A stretch of DNA of 64,000 nt from Candidatus Sericytochromatia bacterium (GCA_035285865.1 JAYKHS010000028.1:96001-160000); one strand, 5' to 3'. Numbered from the stretch's first letter, positions 19,240-29,323 are shown. The notes: generated by a model from the sequence alone, not told the origin. Made by a program: numbers and translations.

Positions 19240-20373
19240 TCAGGCGCACTGGATGGATGGTTCCGTGAACCGCGCGAGGGTGGGAAAGTGCTGGCGTGCC
19301 TCGGCTGCGACCGAGGATGCCTCTGAGCTCAAACCCGCCTGAAGCAGGCAATCCATCAGGTTCTCCCAGGCGTCCTGACGCAAGGGTTCGATCCTCACGA
19401 GTCCCTCGAGGCAACGGATGGCCCTCTCGGTCTCTCCAAGTTGGTGCAGGGTGACGGCGAGGTTGTTCATGGGTTCGGGTGCGTCCGGGTGATGTTGCAG
19501 GATCTGCTCGAAGACCTGTCGTGCCTCCCGGTAACGGCGGTGGGCGAAAAGTTGCTCGCCCACGGCATTGTGCAGACCGAGGGCTCGTTCGCGGTCCTCG
19601 AGGCCCTGCAAGCCGTGGATGACTCCGGCCGCTTCCGCGCTGCGGTAGGTTCGGAAGATTTGCGCGTTCTCGCGCGCTCCGCGTTCGCGGTTGGCGTGTT
19701 CCACGCTGGTCGGCGACTTGAGGTACAGGCCCAGGACTTCAGGGATGTGCAAGAAGGCGTGAGTTTGTGAGACGCGCAGCCAGAACTCGTAGTCGCCGCT
19801 GGTGACGAAGGAAGGATCGAAGAGCCCGAAGACGTCGTGCAGGGTGCGGCGCCACATGGGTTGGGGGCCCATGAAGCACCCTTCCTCGAGCAGCGTCGTC
19901 CGGTCCCACTCGCGCCAGTTGTAACGCCCGCAGGGCGTGCACGCGTTCAAGGTCTCGTTCTCGTGGAGGGTGATGAGCAGGTCCGCATAGACCAAGGCGA
20001 TGTCCGGATTTGCGTCCAGTGTTTCCGCCATCCGTTCCAGCGCATCGGCGCGGTGGCGATCGTCCGTGTTGGCGTTGGTGAGGTACTTGCCTTGCGCCAG
20101 CTCCACGCCTCGGTTCCAAGCCGCGTAGACGCCTTCGCGTTCCGGGGTCCTGATGTAGCGGATGTTGTTGTGATGTTGCTGGAACTCGCGCACGATGGCG
20201 CCTTCGTCTTCGGGGGATGCGCTGTCGATGACAATGATTTCGAGGCGCTCGCCCAGAGTCTGGGCCACGAGATCCTCCAGACACCCGCGCATGAAGCGCT
20301 CGGACTTGTACGTGGAGACGATGGCCGTCACCAGGTAGGGTGTCTCTGGGGCGTCTTCGGGTGATGCAGGCAT
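19240..20373 (-). CDS. GT2 glycosyltransferase with C-terminal TPR
   Basis: IIVIDSAS, AWNRG, NANTDD (DxD-like), GDYEFWLR; C-terminal NNLAVTL TPR. Confidence 0.88.
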   Translation of the reverse strand: MPASPEDAPETPYLVTAIVSTYKSERFMRGCLEDLVAQTLGERLEIIVIDSASPEDEGAIVREFQQHHNNIRYIRTPEREGVYAAWNRGVELAQGKYLTNANTDDRHRADALERMAETLDANPDIALVYADLLITLHENETLNACTPCGRYNWREWDRTTLLEEGCFMGPQPMWRRTLHDVFGLFDPSFVTSGDYEFWLRVSQTHAFLHIPEVLGLYLKSPTSVEHANRERGARENAQIFRTYRSAEAAGVIHGLQGLEDRERALGLHNAVGEQLFAHRRYREARQVFEQILQHHPDAPEPMNNLAVTLHQLGETERAIRCLEGLVRIEPLRQDAWENLMDCLLQAGLSSEASSVAAEARQHFPTLARFTEPSIQCA

Positions 20374-20536
20374 GGGTCCGATCCGGCTTGCTCGGGCAAG
20401 GGTTCTGTTGGCGGTCTCGTGCGGACCGGTTCAGAATTTCTATCGAATCGTATCCGGGTGACCTTGAGCCACGCCGGGATTTGCCGAACCAATAGAATGG
20501 ATCGACTTTCCCGTCGCCCTCGTCCGGAGATTTTCG

Positions 20537-21547
20537 TTGGCCGATGCCCCTCGTTCCATCCTCGTCACCGGCGCGGATGGCTTCATCGGCTCCCACCTGA
20601 CGGAAGCCTTGGTCCGGCGCGGGCATCGGGTCCGGGCCTTCGTCTTCTATAACTCCTTCGGTCGGCGCGGCTGGCTTGATGAGGCACCTGAGGACATCCA
20701 GGCCGAGCTTGATGTCTTTGCCGGGGACATCAGGGACCCCTACGGAGTCCGGAAAGCCCTCCAGGGTACGGACGTGGTGCTGCATCTCGCGGCCCTGATC
20801 GCGATTCCTTTCTCGTACCACTCTCCGGATGCCTACCTGGACACGAATGTCAGGGGTACGTTGAACGTGTTGCAGGCCGCCCGGGATCTCGGGCTGTCCC
20901 GCGTGGTTCATACGTCGACCAGCGAAGTCTATGGCACGGCCAAATTCGTGCCGATGACCGAGGAGCACCCCCTCCAGGGGCAGTCACCCTACTCGGCGAC
21001 CAAGATCGGGGCGGATCAACTCGCCTTGTCCTTCCATGCGGCATTCGGCCTGCCCGTTTCGGTGATACGTCCCTTCAATACCTACGGTCCGCGCCAGTCG
21101 GCGCGAGCCGTGATTCCAACCATCATTTCCCAGATTGCCTCCGGGATGCGCACCATTCGGCTCGGCTCCTTGCATCCCACTCGGGATTTCAGCTATGTGG
21201 CGGATACGGTCCGTGGCTTCATCGCGATGGCCTCGGCTGATGCGGCTGTTGGCCGCGTGGTGAACCTCGGCAGCGGGTTCGAGGTCTCCGTAGGGGACAC
21301 GGCACGCCTCGTGGCCGCCTGCATGGGAGCCGAGGTTGCGATCGAATCCGAGGATGCCCGGACACGTCCCGAGAAGAGTGAAGTGGAGCGTCTGTGGTCG
21401 GACAATCGCCTCGCCCGTGATCTGCTGGGCTGGTCCCCTGAATATGGCGGACTCGAGGGCTTCAGAAGAGGGCTCGAGGAGACGATCACATGGTTCGGGA
21501 AGTCCGTGGATCGGGTCGGCTATCGGCCGGACCGATACGTCGTGTGA
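20537..21547 (+). CDS. legB: NDP-GlcNAc 4,6-dehydratase, LegB-like
   Basis: GADGFIGSHL, HLAALIAIPFSY, TSTSEVYGTA, QSPYSATK, RPFNTYGPRQSARAVIP; TTG start after GGAG. Confidence 0.85.
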   Translation: MADAPRSILVTGADGFIGSHLTEALVRRGHRVRAFVFYNSFGRRGWLDEAPEDIQAELDVFAGDIRDPYGVRKALQGTDVVLHLAALIAIPFSYHSPDAYLDTNVRGTLNVLQAARDLGLSRVVHTSTSEVYGTAKFVPMTEEHPLQGQSPYSATKIGADQLALSFHAAFGLPVSVIRPFNTYGPRQSARAVIPTIISQIASGMRTIRLGSLHPTRDFSYVADTVRGFIAMASADAAVGRVVNLGSGFEVSVGDTARLVAACMGAEVAIESEDARTRPEKSEVERLWSDNRLARDLLGWSPEYGGLEGFRRGLEETITWFGKSVDRVGYRPDRYVV

Positions 21548-21557
21548 GGGAGGCTCC

Positions 21558-22265
21558 GTGCGTGCCGTGATCCTGGCCGGCGGGAAGGGTACCCGCCTCA
21601 GGCCATACACTCTCGTCCTCCCCAAGCCCTTGGTGCCCATCGGAGACTATCCCATCCTCGAGGTGGTGATCCGGCAACTGGCGGCGAGCGGGTTCACCCA
21701 CGTCACCATGGCCGTGAACCACCTCGCCGAGTTGGTCGAGGCGTTCTTCGGGGACGGTCGACGCTGGGGACTGAAGATCGATTACTCGGTCGAATGTCGG
21801 CCGTTGAGCACGATGGCGCCCCTCAAGCTGATTCGGGATCTGCCCGATGACTTCCTCGTGATGAACGGCGATATCCTGACGGATGCGCCCTTCGAGCGGC
21901 TCTATCAGGAGCATGTCGCCGGGGGCAATCTTTTCACCATTTCCTCCTACCAGCGGGAGGTGCATGTGGACTTCGGGGTCCTGGAAACCGATGGGAACGG
22001 GCTGCTTCGGGGTTTTCAGGAAAAGCCCGTGCAGCGCCATGATGTCAGCATGGGGGTGTATGTCCTGAGCAGGCGGGTGCTTGAACACATCCCTGATGAT
22101 GTGCCGTTCGGTTTCGATGACCTCATGCTGGCCTTGTTGGGCAAAGGTGAGAAGGTCCACCTGCGAGGACATGAGGGTTACTGGCTGGATATCGGACGTC
22201 CGGATGACTACGTCGAGGCGGTCGAGCAGTTCGAACGCCAGAAGCATGCGTTCCTGAGGCAGTGA
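21558..22265 (+). CDS. Sugar-1-phosphate nucleotidyltransferase
   Basis: ILAGGKGTRLRPYT..PKPL, VMNGDIL, WLDIG; GGAGG SD before GTG 21558. Confidence 0.9.
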   Translation: MRAVILAGGKGTRLRPYTLVLPKPLVPIGDYPILEVVIRQLAASGFTHVTMAVNHLAELVEAFFGDGRRWGLKIDYSVECRPLSTMAPLKLIRDLPDDFLVMNGDILTDAPFERLYQEHVAGGNLFTISSYQREVHVDFGVLETDGNGLLRGFQEKPVQRHDVSMGVYVLSRRVLEHIPDDVPFGFDDLMLALLGKGEKVHLRGHEGYWLDIGRPDDYVEAVEQFERQKHAFLRQ

Positions 22266-22266
22266 G

Positions 22267-23322
22267 ATGAGAATCAACAAGGGCAACATCAGCCTGAGCC
22301 GCCTGAAGCAGCTGGGCTTCCATTTGCGGCGTGGTCGTGGGCATCTGCCGCGGTACATGGTCAACCGCTTCAAGTGGCATGTCTTCCCGCGCATCCGGAA
22401 GGTGGCGGACTTCCCCGATCACGTCGATATCGAGATTTCGAGCGCGTGCGACATGAAGTGCCCCATGTGCTACACGATCACTGATGCCTTCAAGGCAAGC
22501 GTCAAGAAGGGGTTGATGGACTGGGATCTCTACACGAAGCTCGTGGACGAGTGTGCTCGGAACGGGGTGTATTCGATTCGCCTCAGCCTGCGGGGAGAGC
22601 CTTTCGTGCATCCCCGCATCATCGACATGATCCGGTACGCCAAGGAGAAGGGCATACGGGAGGTTTCCACGCTGACGAACGGGCTCAAGCTCAATCCCGA
22701 GAAGTTCACCCAAGCGCTGGAGGCTGGTCTGGATTGGCTGACGATATCCTTTGACGGCCTTGGCGAAACTTATGAGAAGATTCGGCGCCCGGCCAAGTTC
22801 GAGGAGGCCCTGGCCAAGATCCGCGAGTACAAGGCCATCAAGGATGCCCGTCAGTCCGTGAAGCCCGTCATCAAGATCCAGTCGGTCTGGCCGGCCATCA
22901 AGGACGATCCCGAGGCCTTCTTCAGTACCTTTGCGCCTATCGCGGATGAGGTCGCGTCCAACCCTCTGATCGATTACCTCCACAACGACCAGGAAATCGA
23001 GTACGAGGAGCGATTCGAGTGTCCGGTGCTCTACCAGCGGCTGGTGGTCGGCTCGGATGGTCGGGTGCTGCTTTGCGTCAACGATGAGATGGGCAAGCAC
23101 ATCGTGGGAGATGCCAATGCCCAGTCCTTGAAGGAAGTGTGGCACGGACCGGCCCTGATGCAGGCGAGGGCGGACCATATGCGGCATCTGGGCGTGGCGA
23201 AGTACGATGCCTGTCGCGAGTGCTTCCTGCCACGCAAGACACGTGCCGTGCCGACGGTGGTCGGGGGTACCAAGGTCGCGATGGAGGAGTACGTGAATCG
23301 ACCTCAGGAGGTCGGCAAGTAA
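22267..23322 (+). CDS. Radical SAM protein with SPASM/twitch domain
   Basis: CDMKCPMC (CxxxCxxC), GEP, TNG; C-terminal C...C...CREC. Confidence 0.92.
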   Translation: MRINKGNISLSRLKQLGFHLRRGRGHLPRYMVNRFKWHVFPRIRKVADFPDHVDIEISSACDMKCPMCYTITDAFKASVKKGLMDWDLYTKLVDECARNGVYSIRLSLRGEPFVHPRIIDMIRYAKEKGIREVSTLTNGLKLNPEKFTQALEAGLDWLTISFDGLGETYEKIRRPAKFEEALAKIREYKAIKDARQSVKPVIKIQSVWPAIKDDPEAFFSTFAPIADEVASNPLIDYLHNDQEIEYEERFECPVLYQRLVVGSDGRVLLCVNDEMGKHIVGDANAQSLKEVWHGPALMQARADHMRHLGVAKYDACRECFLPRKTRAVPTVVGGTKVAMEEYVNRPQEVGK

Positions 23323-23323
23323 C

Positions 23324-24187
23324 GTGCGCCTGGTGCTGACGGGGGCGACCGGATTTCTGGGGGCTGCCGCGGCACGTGCCTTCGGGGCCGCCGGTCACGA
23401 GGTCGTGCCCTTCGCCCGGTCGCTCGGGCACGACTTGGGCACGGGGCAGGCCGTGCCCGCCATAGTTGCTGCCGCACCGGACGCCATCGTGCACCTTGCC
23501 GGTCGTACCTTCGTGCCCGAGAGTTGGCGTGAGCCGGCCCTCTTCGTCCGGGACAACGTGATGGCGACCCAGGAGGTTCTCGATGCCTGTCGGTTGACCG
23601 GCGCTTCCCTGCTGCACGTCAGTGCCTATGTGTACGGGCAACCGTGCTACCTGCCCATCGACGAGCGTCACCCGGTCGCGCCGGGGACCCCCTACGCGCA
23701 CAGCAAGTGGCTGGCCGAAGAGTTGTGCCGTTTCCAGGCCGGCGCCTTCGGCGTGCCCCTTACGGTGTTGCGCCCCTTCAACATCTACGGACCCGGCCAG
23801 CGTCCGCCGATGCTGGTGGCCGATCTCGCGAGCCAGTTGCTTCGTGACGGCCGGATGAAGGTCCTGGATCTGGAGCCTCGGCGCGATTTTCTGCATGTGG
23901 ACGACTTCTCAGCCGCCTTGGTCCGGATTCTGGATGCAGGCGCCTGGGGCCATACCTTCAATGTCGGGTCGGGACGTTCCCATTCGGTCCGGGAGGTGGT
24001 CGAGATTCTGGCCGCGGCCTGGCCTGGGGGTGCCGACTGGGCTTGCTCGGAACAGGTGCGTCCCGCCGAGGTTCCCGATGTGGTGGCCGACTGCGGGGCG
24101 CTTCGCGATGTCGTCGGCTGGGCGCCTTCCGTGACATTCGAGAAAGGGTTGCAGGCGATGATTCGCGAAATGCAGGTGCCGGCATGA
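23324..24187 (+). CDS. Extended SDR epimerase/reductase (4-keto-6-deoxy sugar reductase-like)
   Basis: TGATGFLG, YAHSK (YxxxK), RPFNIYGPGQ, RDFLHVDD. Confidence 0.85.
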   Translation: MRLVLTGATGFLGAAAARAFGAAGHEVVPFARSLGHDLGTGQAVPAIVAAAPDAIVHLAGRTFVPESWREPALFVRDNVMATQEVLDACRLTGASLLHVSAYVYGQPCYLPIDERHPVAPGTPYAHSKWLAEELCRFQAGAFGVPLTVLRPFNIYGPGQRPPMLVADLASQLLRDGRMKVLDLEPRRDFLHVDDFSAALVRILDAGAWGHTFNVGSGRSHSVREVVEILAAAWPGGADWACSEQVRPAEVPDVVADCGALRDVVGWAPSVTFEKGLQAMIREMQVPA

Positions 24188-25215
24188 CAGCCATCGTCGT
24201 TGAGGGGCGCCCCATCGGGCCGGGGCATCCGGTCTATGTGATTGCCGAAATCGGGGGCAATTTCACGACGGTCGATCAGGCCGTCGCGCTCATCGATGCT
24301 GCCGCGGCCAGCGGAGTCGATGCCGTGAAGTTGCAGACCTATCGGGCCGAGACCCTGTCCTCGACCCGTGCCATGTTCGACATGGAAAATACCGGCGTGA
24401 CCTCCCAGCATGCCTTGTTCAAGGCCTATGAGATCGATGCCGAGGCCCACGCATCCATCTTCGCGTACGCGCGGAGCCTTGGGCTTACGGTCTTCTCGAC
24501 GCCTTCTCATGCCACCGACGCCGACATGCTGCTCAGCTTGGGGGTGCCGGCCACCAAGGTGGGCTCGGACGATGCAGTGAATCTCCCCTTCCTTGCGCAC
24601 CTGGCACGTCAGGGACTGCCGATGCTGCTGTCTACCGGCATGTGCACGATGGCCGAGGTCGCGGACTCCGTTTCCACCATCCTGGGCGAGGGGCTCGACC
24701 AGCTGGTGCTGCTGCACGCCGTGACCAGCTATCCAACGCATCCGGATCACGTCAACCTGCGTGCCATGGTGGCCATGGGGCAGGCCTTCGGCTTGCCGGT
24801 CGGCTACTCGGATCACACGTTGGGGCCGGTTGCGTGCCTGGGTGCCGTCGCACTCGGCGCTTGCGTGATCGAGAAGCACTTCACGCTGGACAAGGCGGCC
24901 GAGGGCCCGGACCACATGCTTTCGGCCGACCCGGTCGAGATGGCGGCGCTCGTGGCCCAGGTGCGTGCGCTCGAGCGCATGTTGGGCGACGGGGTGAAGC
25001 GGCCTGCGGCAAGCGAGCGAACCACGCGGCTCAACAACCGCAAGAGTCTCGTGGTCCTTCGCGACCTGCAGGCCGGTGCGGTGCTGCGTGCCGATGATCT
25101 CGGGATCAAGCGCCCAGGTACCGGAATCGCCCCGAAGGACCTGCGTCAGGTCCTGGGTAGGGTCCTGCGCCGGGAGTTGGCTGCGGACGACGTCCTTACC
25201 TGGGATCACCTTTGA
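24184..25215 (+). CDS. NeuB-family nonulosonic acid synthase with C-terminal SAF domain
   Basis: YVIAEIGGN, DAVKLQT, LSTGM, VGYSDHT, IEKHFTLD, GPDH, KRPGTGI. Confidence 0.93.
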   Translation: MTAIVVEGRPIGPGHPVYVIAEIGGNFTTVDQAVALIDAAAASGVDAVKLQTYRAETLSSTRAMFDMENTGVTSQHALFKAYEIDAEAHASIFAYARSLGLTVFSTPSHATDADMLLSLGVPATKVGSDDAVNLPFLAHLARQGLPMLLSTGMCTMAEVADSVSTILGEGLDQLVLLHAVTSYPTHPDHVNLRAMVAMGQAFGLPVGYSDHTLGPVACLGAVALGACVIEKHFTLDKAAEGPDHMLSADPVEMAALVAQVRALERMLGDGVKRPAASERTTRLNNRKSLVVLRDLQAGAVLRADDLGIKRPGTGIAPKDLRQVLGRVLRRELAADDVLTWDHL

Positions 25216-25892
25216 GCCGCGTCGGTGTCGTGCTGCAGGCCCGGATGGGCTCGTCTCGCCTGCCCGGCAAGGTGCTGGCGCCGATCGCCGGAAGGCCGAT
25301 GCTGCTTCACATCCTCGACAGGCTGCGTGCCGCATCGACGCCGGATCGGATCATCGTGGCCACCAGTGTCACTCCTGCGGATGACGTGGTTGCGGGCCTC
25401 GTTGCCGACTATGGCGTGGCTTGTTACCGCGGTGATGCGGCGGACGTGCTTGATCGATATTGGCAGGCTACCCTCGTGCATGATTTGGCTCTGATCGTAC
25501 GGGCGACCGCAGACAATCCCCTGGTGGATCCGGTCGAATTGGATCGCCTGGTGGCGTTGCATGGCGCCACGGATGCAGACTACTGCCACGCGTTCGGTCG
25601 GCTGCCCTTGGGCGTTGGCGTGGAGAGCTTCTCGAGGGCTGCGCTCGCGCGTTCGTGGCGGGAGGGCCGGGCCCCGAATCATCGCGAGCACGTCAACGAG
25701 TACATCCAGGAGCGGCCGGACATTTTCGACATCCGCGCGTTGGACGTGCCTGAGGCCAAGGTTGCTCCGCACCTGCGCCTGACGGTCGACACCCCCGAGG
25801 ATCTGGAGCGTGCGCGGCGTGTCTATGACCGGCTTCATAGACCCGGTACCCAGATCCGGACCGAGGAGGTGATTGCGTTCTGCGCATCCTGA
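25212..25892 (+). CDS. SpsF-like cytidylyltransferase 1
   Basis: LQARMGSSRLPGKVL, RATADNPL, REHV, RLTVDTPED. Confidence 0.88.
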   Translation: MSRVGVVLQARMGSSRLPGKVLAPIAGRPMLLHILDRLRAASTPDRIIVATSVTPADDVVAGLVADYGVACYRGDAADVLDRYWQATLVHDLALIVRATADNPLVDPVELDRLVALHGATDADYCHAFGRLPLGVGVESFSRAALARSWREGRAPNHREHVNEYIQERPDIFDIRALDVPEAKVAPHLRLTVDTPEDLERARRVYDRLHRPGTQIRTEEVIAFCAS

Positions 25893-26863
25893 TTGCCTTC
25901 GAGGCCTCCCATCATCGTGGTCTCGGTCATCTGTTCCGAACGCTCACGCTGGCACGGGCGCTTCGGGGCCGTGGGCACGACATTTGCCTGGTCGCCAATC
26001 CCGAGCCTGTTGCGCGGAGCCGTTGCGCGTCCGATGGCTTCGAGTTGGTCGAGGTGCCTGGTCTGGACGGGACGGACTGGCAGCTTGCCCTTCTTCGCGC
26101 TCGTTCTCCGGATGTCTGGGTCGACGATCGTCTGGACACGACCCGAGCGCATGCCTTGGCACTGGGTGGCTTGCCGCGCCTCACCTTCGACGATCAGGGC
26201 GAAGGAGGGAGTCTCGCGCGTGCGAATGTCTGCGGGATGGTGCCGCCGTCTCCCGATGCGTCGGCCAATGCCTACCGGGGACCGGACTTCCTGGTGCTCG
26301 ACGAGCGCCTTACGACCTGGACACCAGCCGACCCGGCCGAGAAAGCGCCGTTGCTGCTGACCTTCGGGGGAAGCGATACCCACGGTCTCACGCCCAGGAT
26401 TCTGGCTGCCCTGGGGGGGGGATGGACCGGAGCGATGCCGGTTCATGTGATTACGGGACCGGCCTTTCGGCACGAAGAAGCGCTACTCGAAGCGTTGCGA
26501 CGATTTTCGGGCGAGATCGTCCACGCGTCTGCGGTGCCGGATTTGCTGCCTCTGATCGCCGGTGCCGGCATGGTCGTCTGTGCCGGGGGACTGACGGCCC
26601 ACGAATCGGCTGCGTTGGGCAGGGCCACCCTCGTCGTGGCCAGCGAGCCCCATGAAATTCCCCCGGCGCGTTACCTGGCCGATCGGGGCGCGTGCCGTTA
26701 CCTGGGCTATCGGGACGAAGATGTCGAGGCTCGCCTGGAGCGGGAGGTGCGTGCGTGGCTCGAGCATCCCGAAGCACGCGCGCGCGATGGCGCGATGGGC
26801 CGGGCCGTGGTCGACGGTCGGGGGCTCGAGCGCGTGGTGGCTATTCTTGAGGCGTGTGCGTGA
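25880..26863 (+). CDS. PseG/SpsG-like nucleotide-sugar hydrolase (GT-B fold); probable CTG start
   Basis: In-frame extension of ORF 26045..26863 gives LRILIAFEASHHRGLGHLFRTLTLA (G-x-GH motif); LTFGGSD; VDGRGLERV. Confidence 0.8.
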   Translation: MRILIAFEASHHRGLGHLFRTLTLARALRGRGHDICLVANPEPVARSRCASDGFELVEVPGLDGTDWQLALLRARSPDVWVDDRLDTTRAHALALGGLPRLTFDDQGEGGSLARANVCGMVPPSPDASANAYRGPDFLVLDERLTTWTPADPAEKAPLLLTFGGSDTHGLTPRILAALGGGWTGAMPVHVITGPAFRHEEALLEALRRFSGEIVHASAVPDLLPLIAGAGMVVCAGGLTAHESAALGRATLVVASEPHEIPPARYLADRGACRYLGYRDEDVEARLEREVRAWLEHPEARARDGAMGRAVVDGRGLERVVAILEACA

Positions 26864-27567
26864 GCCGTCGGCGGGTCGTCATCCATCAGCCGGACTTCCT
26901 GCCCTATCTGGGGTTCTTCGACCGGCTGCTCGACTGCGATTTGTTCATCCTTCTCGACCATGTGCAGTTCACCAAAGGTGGCTGGCATAACCGGGATCGC
27001 ATCAAGTCTCCCGAGGGACCGCGCTGGCTCACGGTTCCCGTCCAGTCGCCCACGGGGTTGGCCATCGCCGAAGTCCGCCTGACTGCTGATGCGACGTGGC
27101 CTGATCGTCATCTGCGGCAGTTGGCGGAAGCCTATCGCAAGGCGCCCGGCTACGCCGAGGTTCGGGGAAGCCTGGAGGCACTCTATCGGGACCTGCCTGC
27201 GGGCCTCGCGGATTTCAACATGCGGGGACTGGTGTGGCTGATGGAGGTTTTCGGCATCACGGTTCCTGTTGTCCGCTCCTCCAGCCTCCGGCCGCAGGGC
27301 CGAAGCAATGCGATGCTTGTCGATCTGCTGCAGAAGGTCGGCGCCACCGAGTACCTGTCGGGGGTGGGGGCACGAGCGTACTTCGACCCCGAGGTATTCG
27401 CCAAGGTCGGCGTGCCCGTGCTCTGGCAGGATTTCCGGCATCCATTCCATCCCCAGCTGCACGGAGCCTTCGAGCCTTTCCTCAGCAGCATCGATCTGCT
27501 GATGAACCTGGGCCTGACAGAGGCTCGACGGGTGCTGAGAGAGGGGGCAAGGTCACCTGTGCGCTGA
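26860..27567 (+). CDS. WbqC family protein
   Basis: HQPDFLPYLGFF, LDHVQF, NRDRI, WLTVP, YLSG.GA..Y, LSSIDLLMN. Confidence 0.9.
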   Translation: MSRRRVVIHQPDFLPYLGFFDRLLDCDLFILLDHVQFTKGGWHNRDRIKSPEGPRWLTVPVQSPTGLAIAEVRLTADATWPDRHLRQLAEAYRKAPGYAEVRGSLEALYRDLPAGLADFNMRGLVWLMEVFGITVPVVRSSSLRPQGRSNAMLVDLLQKVGATEYLSGVGARAYFDPEVFAKVGVPVLWQDFRHPFHPQLHGAFEPFLSSIDLLMNLGLTEARRVLREGARSPVR

Positions 27568-27590
27568 GATCTCCCGGGATCCAATCAGGA

Positions 27591-28502
27591 TTATCTGTGT
27601 GCTGTCCCTGTCTTCCGGAGCAGATAGACGCTGTACATGCTGAAGGATCCTGGCCAAGTCCGGGCCAGGGCGTGGCATATACGGACCAGGATTGGGCTGC
27701 AACCGGATTGGGCCGTCAGGTCTTCGAGGATATTTTGGGGATGCTCCCTTCCTGACTCGCTTTCTGCCTTTCCGAAGGTGCGATGGTACTTGGCCATGCT
27801 CAGGTAGCGGACAGCCTCCAGAACACCATAATCGTCGCCAGTTTCCAGGACTTCCTCGATGATCAAGCCGGTATCCTGCAGTGCGTTGCGAACATCGTTC
27901 CTGGTGAAATAGACGGCCATGAAGTCTTCGGGCAACCGAGTTCGGGTCATTCGCGCCAGCAGGCGGGACAGCTTGATGGATGCGACAAGCAGCGGGGCCT
28001 GGTTCCAGACGATGAGGACCAACGTGCCATTTTCTGTCAGGATTCTTGACGATTCACGCAGCAATGCTTGCTGCGATTTTCGGTCTTCATAGAGGATCAG
28101 CAAGCTTGCCATGATGGCCATGTCGAAGCTTTTGCTCTCGATTCCGGTGTTGAACGCGTCTCCTGTGATAAATTTTGCTTCTGGATAGGATTTTTTAGCG
28201 GCAATTATGCTGTTTTCGGCATAATCTAGGCCAGTATATTCTATTTCTGGGAATATCCTAGAAATAGGCAGGTTTACTCCGTTACCGCATCCTATGTCGA
28301 TAATTCTTTGGGGGTTTTTTCTTAAAATTGCATTATATACGTGATTTATTGTATTATGGAATCTGTTTTTGACTAGGTGGTCCATGTTGGTGAAGTCGCT
28401 GCCGAACTCGCGTTCGTTGGAGAATCTCCTGTAGAAGGACTTGTAGTCATCGATGGGATTTTCGTCGTTGTGCTGGCGAAGGTAGCTGAAGGCACGAAAC
28501 AC
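27591..28502 (-). CDS. Class I SAM-dependent methyltransferase, inverted and partly AT-rich
   Basis: IIDIGCGNG motif I, GLD, GDA, RILTENG. Confidence 0.85.
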   Translation of the reverse strand: MFRAFSYLRQHNDENPIDDYKSFYRRFSNEREFGSDFTNMDHLVKNRFHNTINHVYNAILRKNPQRIIDIGCGNGVNLPISRIFPEIEYTGLDYAENSIIAAKKSYPEAKFITGDAFNTGIESKSFDMAIMASLLILYEDRKSQQALLRESSRILTENGTLVLIVWNQAPLLVASIKLSRLLARMTRTRLPEDFMAVYFTRNDVRNALQDTGLIIEEVLETGDDYGVLEAVRYLSMAKYHRTFGKAESESGREHPQNILEDLTAQSGCSPILVRICHALARTWPGSFSMYSVYLLRKTGTAHR

Positions 28503-28671
28503 CTGATACCTCTTGCCGGGATGTTCCCGAGAATTTTGCCTTGTGGGTGTTGCTGGAAAACTGTTGATGATACCGTCGAGACCGTGATCGCGCCCCGAAG
28601 CAGCGGTCGGCGGATCTTGTCCTTTGCCGGAAGGGTACGATCAGCATTCCCTGCGATGTGGAAGGATTGCC

Positions 28672-29301
28672 ATGAATGTTCTGGCCATAGGGGCCCACTT
28701 CGATGACATCGAGCTCGGCTGCGGGGGCGCCCTCGCCAAGCACGCAGCGGCAGGAGATCGGGTCCTTGCCTATGTGGCAACGGTGTCAGGATTCTCGAAT
28801 CCTGACAATCAGGTCGTTCGATCCAGCGAACAGGCGCTTGCCGAAGGCCGGATGGCCATGGACGTGCTCTGTGTGCAGCTCATTCCGGGAGGTTTTCAGA
28901 CCTTGCAGGTCGAGTTCACGGACGACCTGAACCGGGAGATCATCAGGATTGTCGAGCGAGAGCAGATCGACCTCGTCTATACACACTGGGCGGGAGACAT
29001 TCACCACGACCACCAATCAGTGGCGCGAGCCTCGCTGCATTCCTGTCGCCACGTCAAGCGCATGTTGATGTACCGGAGCAACTGGTACCACGCGACCGTG
29101 GACTTCCGCGGAAACTTCTACATCGACATAACGGACACCTGGGCCTTGAAGGAGAAGGCGATACTGTGCCATGCATCGGAAGTCGACCGGACGGCTCATC
29201 GGTGGATCGACTTCTTTCGCAATGAGGCGGAGAATGCCGGCCAGCGGATTGGAGTTCGCCGGGCGGAGGTGTTCGAGGTCGTGAAGTGGCTGTGGACGTG
29301 A
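28672..29301 (+). CDS. PIG-L/LmbE family deacetylase
   Basis: AIGAHFDDIELGCGG and HHDH motifs; C-terminal AEVF. Confidence 0.9.
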   Translation: MNVLAIGAHFDDIELGCGGALAKHAAAGDRVLAYVATVSGFSNPDNQVVRSSEQALAEGRMAMDVLCVQLIPGGFQTLQVEFTDDLNREIIRIVEREQIDLVYTHWAGDIHHDHQSVARASLHSCRHVKRMLMYRSNWYHATVDFRGNFYIDITDTWALKEKAILCHASEVDRTAHRWIDFFRNEAENAGQRIGVRRAEVFEVVKWLWT

Positions 29302-29323
29302 TTTGAGGAGGCATGAACGCGGC

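Noticed and set aside
22267..23322. RiPP maturase cluster
   Set aside because: No precursor peptide, RRE domain or dedicated exporter is present; the context is entirely sugar-nucleotide enzymes.
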